A DNA stretch of 64,000 bases, from assembly GCA_900088475.1 (NCBI GenBank), contig FLMG01000683.1:54370-118369 (forward strand). The letters are read 5' to 3'. A model generated the notes under the pieces. The model was not told where the DNA came from. It was given only the letters and a program-made list of their open reading frames with translations, and did no database searches. Source of the DNA: Hyphochytrium catenoides. Taxonomy: Eukaryota; Protista; Hyphochytriomycota. Both the position numbers and the translations under genes were made by a program. Shown here one piece after another: positions 12,097 to 22,200 of this stretch; the first letter of the stretch is position 1, and each line of letters opens with the position of its first letter.

Positions 12097-14150
12097 ACTA
12101 CTGCTACTAGTTTCTACTCAGAAGAAGAGGAGGAAGAAGAAGAAAGAGGAGGAGAAGAAGGAGATGAAAGAAAAAGAAAGGAGGAGGAAGAAGAGACCAG
12201 AAAAGGAAGAGTCATACTTGATCTCCTCACTAATAACAAGGAGAGAAGAAGTAGGAGGAGGTGAACCACCAACCACAATGTCACCACCATCAAGCTCAAC
12301 TCCCGCGAGGCAAGCATGAGAAGGGTCCAGGTGCTCAAGAGGAATACGCTTCAGTTTTGAAGCGCCTTTTTTCATAAATCGCCAGAGAGACTCTCGTGTG
12401 AAGGCGTAAAGCCATGCCCAAGCGAGACCATTGACCAAAATGCCGAGAAACATCAAGAGCAGAGCGGCCACATGGAAGGTTCACCAGATGTCCCACACAA
12501 TCAATGACGCCCGGCATAGCTTCCCCAAACGACTCCCAAACTGCGGGACAGACTGCAGCCAGCGGCCAGCGGAAGACAACAAGACCTTGGCAGACGCTGA
12601 CCAAACAAACAGTGATACATAGTGCTGCAGCTTAGTAATCAATTGAGAAAGGGCAAACGGACTTCCGCATCATGGACATCACGGGCATGTCAGAAGGCGT
12701 CCAGCACCTCGTCGGCTAGCGGTGGAAAGTAAGCCTCGACGTCGTCCGGCCTACGCAACAGTTGCTCGACTAACTTGGCCGAGGTACCAACAGAGCCAAG
12801 GTGGGCCGGAATCGCCAAGCAGGCGGCAGGCGCAAGGCCAAGGCCGCCCAGGCGGAGGGGTAGAATAGCTTGTTGGCAAAACCAAATCCGATATAGAATG
12901 GACACTCAATAAGGGAGCAAGGAACCCATCTGGATGGAAGTCAACCTGAGAACACAGAGGGCCCAACTGAGGAGGAGGACAACCACGAAGCTAATGGTTG
13001 AGTTTGACAAACCCAACACAACCTCGAAAGAGACAAGGTTGGATTTCAGGAGGAGACACACGACAGAGCTACGCGTCTATTTCGTCTAGACGAGAGAGCA
13101 AAGAAGAAGCTAAGAGGAGACAAACGAAACAGAACCAATGGGCTCCCCTGACAGTTCCACGCCATCCACACCCACTAGACGAGAGACCGCCACAGGGAGA
13201 TTCGGAAGACGCGCAAGATCCATACTGGGTCACCAAAGCTCGCATTTGCCCAGGATAAGCTCCGAGCCAATGTGTGGGCTGCGCTCTCTTAAGGGTAGCA
13301 AGGGCTGCAGCGACATCGTCTACGGAGCCAATAAGAGTACCATCATCAAGGTATCTCACGTGGTGATCCAAGGAAGGAACAGACGCAGGAATGTCAGAGA
13401 CAATGGGATGGAGAGCTAATAGCGAATAGCAAAGGACCTAGAGGGTCATCTTGCTGGGCACCCCAGGAACTTGCGAGCAGATCAGAGCCTTTGACCAGGT
13501 GAGACGGAGTGGAATACAATAGGTGACCCAAGGGAGGAGAGAGAGGACGGGGCTCGCCGACGCCATCCAAGATAGCCGAACGGTGTGCTGGGTTGCAAGA
13601 ATTCTTGAAGTCAACCTTCAGCAGAAGCTTATCCTTGCTGTCGCGAAAGTCAGTAACGATCTTCCTGGCAGCGTGAAGGACGCCCTCGGCACCTGCAGGG
13701 ACCGCAACACCCACCTGGAGAGAGGAGAAGAGAGACACGGCATGGGCTTTAACCTTTTCACAGCAGCAGCACTTGGAGACCAATCGACGAAGAGTTTCAA
13801 CAACGGCAATGGGTCAAAGGCCACCATCTTTCTTGGTAAACCCAATAAAGGAGCACCAGGGAGTAAAAGGGAGAGGTCAGGAGGAGCCAGTCCTTGGACC
13901 AGGAACGACACTAGCGTGGACAGAAAGAGGCATAAGGCATGACGGACGGATGAATAAGGTGTGATAAGACAGAGGTCTTTGAGGTGCTGGGGCTGCAGTT
14001 GAGAGGCGCCGGCAGCTGAACCGAGAGAAAAGGGTAGAGATCTGGGCAGAGACAGAAGGAGGAGAGAAAGCCTTCTGGAACGCCAATGACGTGCACAATG
14101 TGAACTGCGTGAGTTGTTTCCTGAACTTTTTGCTCGGAAACATCTGCAAC
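12097..14150 (-). mobile_element. Decayed CRE-clade non-LTR retrotransposon, subfamily A (RT domain plus 3' end; frameshifted, internally deleted)
   Basis: RT motifs across frames: LQVGVAVPAGAEGVLHAARK, LLKVDFKNS, SSWGAQQDDPLGPLLFA, YLDDGTLIG, QAILPLRLGGLGL. The restriction-like endonuclease tail VWESFG follows, then a TTC-rich 3' tail at 12121-12195. Confidence 0.9.
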
Positions 14151-14159
14151 GGTAGAAGA

Positions 14160-15235
14160 ACTTGTCCAGAATTGTTTCAGGTGACTTCCAATGTTCTCCT
14201 GTCTTCTATTGGCCTGGACTTGAGGCTCGCTTGCGGGCTACTTCTCTCCCCCATCGGGGGGCTTTCCTTCGGACTGCCCATATCGTTACCTGGTTGCAAG
14301 TGAAGGCTTCTTCTTCTTTGGTGTTCCGGGTGATGTCGTGGCGATTTCTACTAGGTTTCCTCTGGTGCGCACTCCAGCTTCTTGCCTGTCTTGTTCCCGT
14401 CCAATGCATGCCTTTGGCGATCATGGCATAGTCTGTCGTCGTGGCGGTGGCGCTCATCAACGTCATCGCCGTGTACAAGTCCTTCTCTTTCATGTCTTTC
14501 GGGACTCTGGTCTCAAAGTCTCTCTGCGAACCTCGCCATCTCCTTCCGGACTCCAATCAGAAGCCTGGAGATTTGTTGATTCGTGGCTTCTCAACTCCCC
14601 TACCAATACTCGGCCTTTGATGTGGCCGCCACGGATTCTCCATTCGCTGCAATCCAGAACCCTTTCCTATGCAGCAAACCATGCCGGCTATCAAGGTCGC
14701 TTGTCTGAGAAAACGAAGTTGAGGAAGTATGAGGGTCCGTGTCAGGCTGTGGGGCTGCAGTTTGTGCCGCTAGTCTGGGAGTCCTTTGGTGGTGGTGCTA
14801 TGCCCTATGTCCCGGACTGTGTGCAATAGCTGGTTGAGCTTCAGTGTGATTGTGCCGCTCTTGAGACTTCCCGTCCTCTTGGTCACTGGTCTCTGTTGAC
14901 TAAGGCTCTGACTCTTCATAGCAGAATCTCTTTCGCGACTCATGAAGAGATTGCGCTACAGATCTTGTGGCATATTCTTGTTCCTCAGTTGGACCCCGCT
15001 CTAGCTTGCATGATTCGACCGTCATGATGATGGTCTCGGCGCGCGGCGCCACGGCCCTTTCTTTCTTCTCCTCGTCCGTCTCCTATCGTTATTGCCAAAG
15101 AGCTCAACTAAGACTCTTTCTTCCCTTCTTTCCAAAACTGAGGGTGGAGGAGGAGAGCGTGTTGACGAGTCCAGGACTCTGTAAGCTGTAAGCCCTCATC
15201 TCTTCTTCTTTCTTCTTTCTTTACTTCTTCTTCCT
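14160..15235 (+). mobile_element. 5'-truncated CRE-clade non-LTR retrotransposon, subfamily B (CCHC knuckle + restriction-like endonuclease + TTC-rich tail)
   Basis: ARLRATSLPHRGAFL, CLSCSRPMHAFGDHGIVCRRGGGAHQRH (CCHC + RH), KPGDLLIRG and AFDVA in shifted frames, KLRKYEGPCQAVGLQFVPLVWESFGG; ends in a TTC-rich tract ~15200-15235. Confidence 0.88.
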
Positions 15236-15349
15236 CAGCACTAGGAAGTATAAGGTGCTCCGGACGTAGGTCTGGAAAGGTTCCTCAAGACTTCTAGCAT
15301 ATCTTCCCTTCTCTCATCAACCTGGGCCGCTTTCTCTCTTCAAGAAGCT

Positions 15350-17366
15350 ATGAAGCTAGAGGAACTCGAAAGTGGCCGCAGACGATCGCGACGACAGATG
15401 ATTGCCGACACGGTCACTCCTCCCGCGGACGGAAGTCTGCATGTTGACAACCCTTATTCAGGAGATCACTCTCCACAAAGCAGGAGAACAAGCCTCCGTT
15501 GCCATAAAGAAGATCAAGGCAAAGAACTTGTGGGAAGCGAATAGCATGGACAGAAGAGGTGAACAAGAGACGCGAGAACAGACGCCGTCAAATTTAGTTG
15601 CAGGCACTCCGACTAAACACGAGCAAGCCCGAAGTGCTGAGTCAAAGAAGCGTGAGAGTCTTCTTCGTGAGACCGCAACCACACGAAGGATGGAGGCCCG
15701 TCTTGCCGCACGAAGGGCAAGTTTGCAGGCCGAGGAGCAAGGCCTTCAGGAAGAGCAACAAAGCCTTGAGGAAGAGCAAAAAAGCCTTGAGGAAGAGAAG
15801 AAAAGCCTTCAGGAAGAGGAAAAAAGCCTTCGGGAAGAGCAAAAAAGCCTTCAGGAAGAAGAAAGGACACTTCTTCGACAAAAAGCTGAGATCTCAAAGT
15901 CCCTCATACCTTTGTCGCCTGATTCCAAGGATGGCCAGTGGCTCCGAATAGACCTGGATTACGTGATCGCGCGATTGCGTGGCGTTCGCAGGGCCTTGCG
16001 TGATGTTCAGGAAAGACAGCGAGCTGCTCATAAAGCGTGCACCTCCGTTGATGAGCAACTGTTGTCTCTACATAAGCAATTAGAGAAGCTGGAAGCTAGT
16101 GTGCAGCTTTCTCGAGATGCGCTCTTGAGGCTTGAGATAAAGGAAACGGAAACTGAGACTTCCACTAATGTTATCATCGGTAAGTTCGATGACGCCCAAA
16201 TCCTCCGCTATAGTTATGGAACCACCAAGCTTTGTTATCCTCGGCTCGGCGTATTTATTAAAGTAACCTTTTGCCTGATACAGCAAATTCCGCGGTGGTT
16301 AGGGCTGTTAACCACTGAGAATAGAGCTGCTGAAAGATGGGGAAGAGCTCTCTCTCTCTCACTTTCAAAGAAGAAGAAAGCGTCTCGCTCTTCGGCGTCT
16401 GCGCTTCTACGCCTCAGATGTACAGCGACAGAGGAAACGAGTGAGAATGGCTGTGGAGATATGGAGCTCGAGCCTCGAAACCCATACATTACGCTGGTGG
16501 AAGCAGTTCGTCCGTGAGAGACAGTGAAAGAGAGCGGCTTGAGCGGAGTCTGAAAGGGCTTAGACAGGATTTGAAAGAGCTGTCAACCTATGTAATGCCT
16601 GAAATAAGGAGACTAATCATCCGCAGATGCAACCCCTGGAAGTACCCAACCAGCACGGCCGGCAGCTCCCAAGCCAGGGACGACTTCAAGCGCAGGCTTA
16701 TTGCTTACTATGGCGCTGCCTCTACCAACCGATCGCAGCGTGGATTCGTCAAGAACATGGTGACAGGTCGATTCTTTCCAAGTCGATACGTGACGGCTGC
16801 CCAAATATGGAAGTGGTCAACAAAGGGGAGAAGGCCTTAAGGAGTTTTTTGGTTTGACAATAGCGGACCTCAAGAGTGAAAGAAACGGATTGCTGCTTCT
16901 GGATGCTGTTGAAGAGGCATTCGACATGCTGGAGGTTTGCTTCATATATGACCCTTTGCAACAACACCTTCGGCTGTTTGTCGTGAGCCCAGAGCTGAAA
17001 AAGAGGTTGATTACCTGGGATTACAAGCTTCAACGTGCTCTGCCAGGTGCGCAGGTCTGCTTTGAGCATGTGCACAACCAGCCGCTTCACTTGATCAGCA
17101 AAGAAAACCCACCCTTTCTGCAGATTCTGGCTCATCACGCCAGATTATGTCTTGATGAAGCCAAGACTGAGGGCTGGGTGACGGATGATTTGGAGTTGGC
17201 TGAGCTTGAGAGAGTAAGGGAATCGCTGGCAGCTAGTAAGAGTGCTCTTTGGCCCAAGCATATGGAGAAGTACCCAGAAGCTCATTTGGCAAAACCACAG
17301 AGGCCCGATTGGACTGACGAATCCTGTCGGGGTAATGATGAGTCTTTGCCCCTGGCAGGCAGATAG
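15350..17366 (+). pseudogene. Coiled-coil + HNH endonuclease (HNH_2-type, Crinkler-effector-like) gene, disrupted
   Basis: Long heptad coiled coil, probable intron 16180-16417, then FKRRLIAYYG...NMVTG...VTAAQIW...SERNGLLLLDAVEEAFDMLEVCFIYDP. This fits the HNH_2 pattern CxVTG...AAHI...NGLLL...AFD. Apparent frameshifts near 16520 (GA run) and 16825 (G run); AAHI has become AAQI. Confidence 0.75.
15730..15875 (+). repeat. 21-bp tandem coding repeat (~6-7 units) encoding EEQKSL[QE] heptads
   Basis: Units such as gaagagcaaaaaagccttgag, gaagagaagaaaagccttcag and gaagaggaaaaaagccttcgg. Confidence 0.95.
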
Positions 17367-17576
17367 CATGACTCCTCATTAGGATCGCATAGTGGAGCTT
17401 ATAAGATGTGTGTGCATCACTTTTACGAAAGGGCAAAGTAGTAAAGATGTCTATTAAATGTTATGAATAGCAGCAGGCCAAGCGTTAGAAAGTCCATCTT
17501 GATTCACATATTTCACGAGGGACAAAGCTGTGGCGAGGGTGTGGGCGGTGTGAATGCTCGCCTAAAGAGCTCGGTC

Positions 17577-17613
17577 GGGACCACCACTCCGTGGTCCCAC
17601 GCACCATGTCTAG
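17577..17613 (+). other. Helitron-like 3' terminus (GC-rich hairpin followed by CTAG)
   Basis: GGGACCAC-cactcc-GTGGTCCC forms a perfect 8-bp stem at 17577-17598, then 11 nt, then CTAG at 17610-17613. The next base is C rather than the canonical T. Confidence 0.35.
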
Positions 17614-17857
17614 CAGACAGACCACTCTAAGTAAGTGTAGTACACAAAAGCCATCACATCTTAATGGCAAAGTTCATTGCTTCTCGGGCGCTAACCCAGG
17701 ATCGCCCCAGCGCCATCAGAACGCACAGGCCTATTCTTTAGTGTCCAGGAAGAGAAGAAGCCTCGTTCAGCCACAGCGGGCGATGAGCAATATCTTTTTT
17801 ATAAATATAAAAAGGAGTGACAAGTAAACTACTGTTAATGTGTATTTGTTCTTTATT

Positions 17858-18304
17858 CCTACTGCTACCTACTCAGACGAAGAGAAGCAGGATGAAGAAA
17901 AAGAAGGAGAAGAAGGAGATGAAAGAGTAGAAAAAGGAGGAAGAAGAAGATAGCAGAAAAGTTATAAAGCCTTGGTCTCGCCCGCAGCTCGATCTGCTCC
18001 ACGCTCATCATCAGTAAAGGAAGAATCCTACTTGATCTCCTCAGTAATAATAAGGAGGTAGAAGGAGGAGGAGGTGAACCACCAAAAATAACGTCATCAC
18101 CATCAAGCTCGACCTCCGCGAGGCAAGCAAGAGAAGGGTCCAGCTGCTCAAGAGGAATACGCATCAGAATCACCAGAGAGATTCTCGTGTGAAGGCGTAA
18201 GGCCATGGCCAAGCGAGACCATTGACCATTTGCCGAGAAGCAGAGCAGTCACACTGAAGCTTCACCAGATGCCTACACAATCGATGATGCCCGGCATATT
18301 TTCC
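17858..18304 (-). mobile_element. Short 3'-end copy of CRE subfamily A (A')
   Basis: Direct, diverged repeat of ~12100-12525, e.g. tacttgatctcctca, ggaggaggtgaaccacca, gctcaagaggaatacgc, ctcgtgtgaaggcgtaa, caagcgagaccattgacca. Shares the terminal ctactgctac...ctactcaga. Confidence 0.9.
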
Positions 18305-18312
18305 TAACAACT

Positions 18313-19140
18313 TAGAGAAGAAGAGAGAGAAGAAGAAGATTGAAAGAAAGACGAAAGAGAAGATGATAAATAGACGAAGAAGAGGAGGAGGAGAAGAAAA
18401 GGAAGATCGAGAAGAAGAGGGGGAAGAAGAAGGAGAAGGGGCAGAAGAAGAAAAGAAGAAGAAGAAGAAGGGGAAGAAGAAGATACGAAGGCTTCAGAGT
18501 CCTCGACTCGTCAACACGCTCTCCTCCTCCACCATCACTATCGAAGAGAAGTTAAGGAGACCCATAGTTGAACTCTTTGGCAATAACGATAGGAGACGGA
18601 GGAGGAGAAGAAAGTAAGGGGCGTGGCGCCGAGACCATCATCATGACGGTCAGTCATGCAAGCTAGAGCGGGGTCCAACTGAGGAACAAGAATATGCCAC
18701 AAGATCTGTGGCGCAATCTCTTCATGAGTCGCGAAAGAGATTCTGCTATGAAGAGTCAGAGCCTTAGTCAACAGAGACCAATGACCAAGAGGACGGGAAG
18801 TCTCAAGAGCGGCACAATCACACTGAAGCTCAACCAGCTATTGCACACAGTCCAGGACATAGGGCATAGCACCCAACAACAAAAGACTCTCAGACTAGCG
18901 GCACAAACTGCAGCCCCACAGCCTGACACGGACCCTCATACTTCCTCAACTTCGCTTTCTCAGACAAGCGACCTTGATAGCCGGCATGGTTTGCTGCATA
19001 GGGAAGGGTTCTGGATTGCAGCGAATGGAGAGTCCGTGGCGGACACATCAAAGGCCGAGTACTGGTAGGGGAGTTGAGAAGCCACGAATCAACAAATCTC
19101 CAGGCTTCTGATTGGAGTCCGGAAGAAGATGGCGAGGTTC
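18313..19140 (-). mobile_element. 3'-end copy of CRE subfamily B (B'), inverted relative to 14528-15235
   Basis: 18480-19140 is a close reverse complement of 14528-15200; a long GAA-rich tail runs 18313-18482. Confidence 0.92.
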
Positions 19141-19210
19141 TCGGGAAAAGTTACGAATCTGGAGGTCGAGTTATTTTATAAAAAGATAACTCTGTAGGGT
19201 CATGTCCCCT

Positions 19211-22200
19211 TTACAGACTGTTACCTTCATTGACAGGAGTGGATGGCGATGGAAGGGCACTGGATGAGGTGCTCTTACGCTGCTCCAGGAGCTGTAAAAA
19301 GAGAAGAATGAGAATAGGCCGTCGCTTAGCAAAAGCACTCTAAAGCAGTAGAGACAGCAGATGCAAAAGCCACGTTCCTCAGAGGAGCAATAGAGTCATA
19401 AGATGCTTAGGCGACATTAGCCGAGAGAGGAAATGGCTAAGGAGAAAGCTTCCATCACTAGATAAAGTCGTAATCAGTACCTCTTTAAGCTTTCCTCGTT
19501 TCTGCGTGAGCGCCTCCTCTTTCGTCTTCCTTGTGATCTCACTGTCTCCGCCAGCAGGAACGGTCTCATTCGCCAAGGAGAAGTCTTGCTTGTCCTCCGA
19601 CGCATAGATTAAGAGTGGGCAGTCCTTGCCTAAGTACAGCATGCAGTGTAAGGTGCCCACACATGAGAGATCTGGCTCCAGGTAAGAACTCGGTGGTAGT
19701 CCTTAAACATTAGACATCGAATGGTCTTTGCGACTTCAACTGATAAACATATAAGGGAAATCTAGGTAGTGCACACAAGAGGCACCCTGGTTGCTAGAGG
19801 GAGAGGAAGAGCATGTTGCCTAGCACAGAAGGGACGGGGACGAAGCGTGAGCGACGCAGAGAAAGCATCACGACCTACCGAAAGCTGCTAAAGCCACAAG
19901 ATGCTCTGAAGGGCTCCAAGCGACGTCACAGATGGGAAGTCCATACTCTATCTTGGCTAGCCCCTCGAAAATCTTCTCTCCAGTGCGAAAGGAGAAAAGA
20001 GAACTGTGCGAGAGCGACATAGAACAACTTAGGCCGTGCGCTGCAATGATGAGGTGCATGGCACACTACCAAGAGGACTCAAAACAATGGAGAGATAAAG
20101 AGGGAAAGAATGTCGGCGAGGTGCTTACATGGAACCACTTTCTGACCCTGACAGGAGCATTTTGCCGTCCGCACTTAGGCAATGTCTCACGATGGTTTCC
20201 TCACACTGGCAGGTATAAGAAAAACGAGTAAGCGGTCATCTTCTTCTGCCAAAGGTTGTTCCATCTTTGAAACCCTAGCTAGCTGAGGTTCATCCTCTGG
20301 TCGGTACGTCTGCATCTTTTATCATCCTTACCTTGACCCCAAAGAACTGGTGGCTGGATATGTGGAAGGAATGCAGATCCATTACCTTCAGACTACTGCT
20401 TTGCGCCTGCATTTTGCATTTTGCCAAGAAAGGTAACAAGGGATGGGTCACGTCAATACTGTCCCTCCTTCGTCGGTTATCTTTCCGTCTCTACCTGGAT
20501 GACCATCTGCCCTCGAGAAGGGTGGAAGGTCAAGTGCGTTATCCCTTTTCCTCTAAGCTCTGAGCTTACTACCGTCTTGATATTGGAGAATGAGGTAGGA
20601 TCACTCTCGCTGCTAGAATCCGAAGAAGAAAGGTTGCCAGAAAAACGAGAAGAAAAGGAAGTTCAGCAGGCCATAGCTTTGAAATGTTAAAGGACATAAC
20701 AAAGACGAAAGAGCAAATTAAAGGTGCCAAAGGGCTAAGGACGCTAGCGTCTCAGGTCCAGCTATCTCGTGCTGGTTACCTTGCTTGCCATATCTTGATG
20801 ATACCTTGCCCGTCTCCAGAGTATAGCAAAGACGAGCGTTGATCAAACCGCAGGCAGTTGACCCGAGATAAATGGCAGTCCGCAGGAGAGCCAAGCTTGG
20901 AGAGAAGTGTTCCCGAACTTTGAAAGTAGAGGAGTGAAAGGAGGGAGGATGCGGTAGGAGAAGTGGAGATCCTGTCAAGTGAGGGACAACGACAGAGCGG
21001 GAATAATAGAATGGACCAGCGCGCCAGGACAAGACAAGAAAGTGGAACAAGGGTTTATAGAGGAATAAGAGGGACAGAACTGCCCCACTTAAAAGAGTTT
21101 CTTGGAACAGATAAAGCCGGAAGCAAGGAGCAGTGAGACAGTTAAAGAGTTGATGGAAAAGTTGATGGAGCTCACCTGCAGTCCCAGACCCTAATAATCT
21201 TATCATATGCCCCAGTGACGGCGACAGTAGCAAGAGAAGGATGAAACTGGACCGAATAGACGAAGGTGGGAGGACTGTGTTGCAGAAGCTGTACCAGGCC
21301 GGGGCTGCTTCTTGTAGGCAAAGACGTCTCTCTGGAAGAAGAACAATGAAGACAGTGGCCAAGGAAGGTCAAAGATCCCACACATAGAGTCAAAGTCAGA
21401 GGAGGACCTGAAGGAGACCTAACTAAAGAACTTGAGCTGGGAGGACCGCATTCATCGGCGAGGATGGACGATGAATAGCGGAAACCTCGAGGACCAGAGG
21501 TCAGACCAAGAGGAGAAAAATGAAGGCATAATAAGGTAGACACCAAGCAGGTCTTTGGACCCACAGCCGCCAAGCTACCTTTCTTGCGACCCAGGGTTAG
21601 TGTCTGTTGAATTCTGAAGTCCAAGGAACCAGAGCCTCGCAGTACCGTCCGCAGAGGCGGAGAGAAGGTGTGCACCATCCTTAGACCAAGCAACATCGTG
21701 GACGAGCCCGTTATGGCCCGTGAGATTATGCTTTAGAAGCCCTTTAAGTTAAGGAGAATGAGTAGAACGAACACATGGCGAAAGACGGCGAAGTAGGGAA
21801 TTAGGAGAGAGACAGGTGACTGAAATCTAGATTCAGAGAAGCAGGACAAGAGACCGTACGTGATAGACGAAGGTTGATGCAGGGTCAGTGCTTCCAGAAC
21901 GAGACATAAGAAGAATATCAACCCCTTCATTAGTGTGCGAGACAACCGCAGAGGAGAAAGATTGTGAAGAAGCCCTAGTACTAGATCCTCGCAGAAGTAA
22001 TTGAGGCTGCCCCTAAGGCTCAGATGACGTGACTGAGAGGCCCACGTTTCTGACTTTGTCTCGGCGACCCACCTGATGACGCCTGGTAAATCTTGACCGA
22101 AAATGTGAGCATTCCTGCACTCGCCGCAGCGATCAGGTCCCCTGAAGGAGAGAAAGACACCCTGAAGGCACCGCTGTCTTCAGCCTTTATTCGATGCAAG

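Noticed and set aside
12690-14150. Prokaryotic RT system (retron, DGR, group II intron) paired with an HNH effector
   Set aside because: The motifs (QxDPLGPLLF, YLDDGT, LGGLGL, CCHC + RLE) are those of CRE-clade non-LTR retrotransposons; no msr/msd or template-repeat structure was seen.
15730-15875. CRISPR-like array
   Set aside because: Units are contiguous with no unique spacers and encode an in-frame heptad repeat; the context is eukaryotic and no cas genes are present.
14528-19140. Terminal inverted repeats of a DNA transposon (Polinton or Mutator-like)
   Set aside because: The inverted arms are retrotransposon coding and 3' sequence, copy B extends beyond the repeat, and no target-site duplication or transposase was found.
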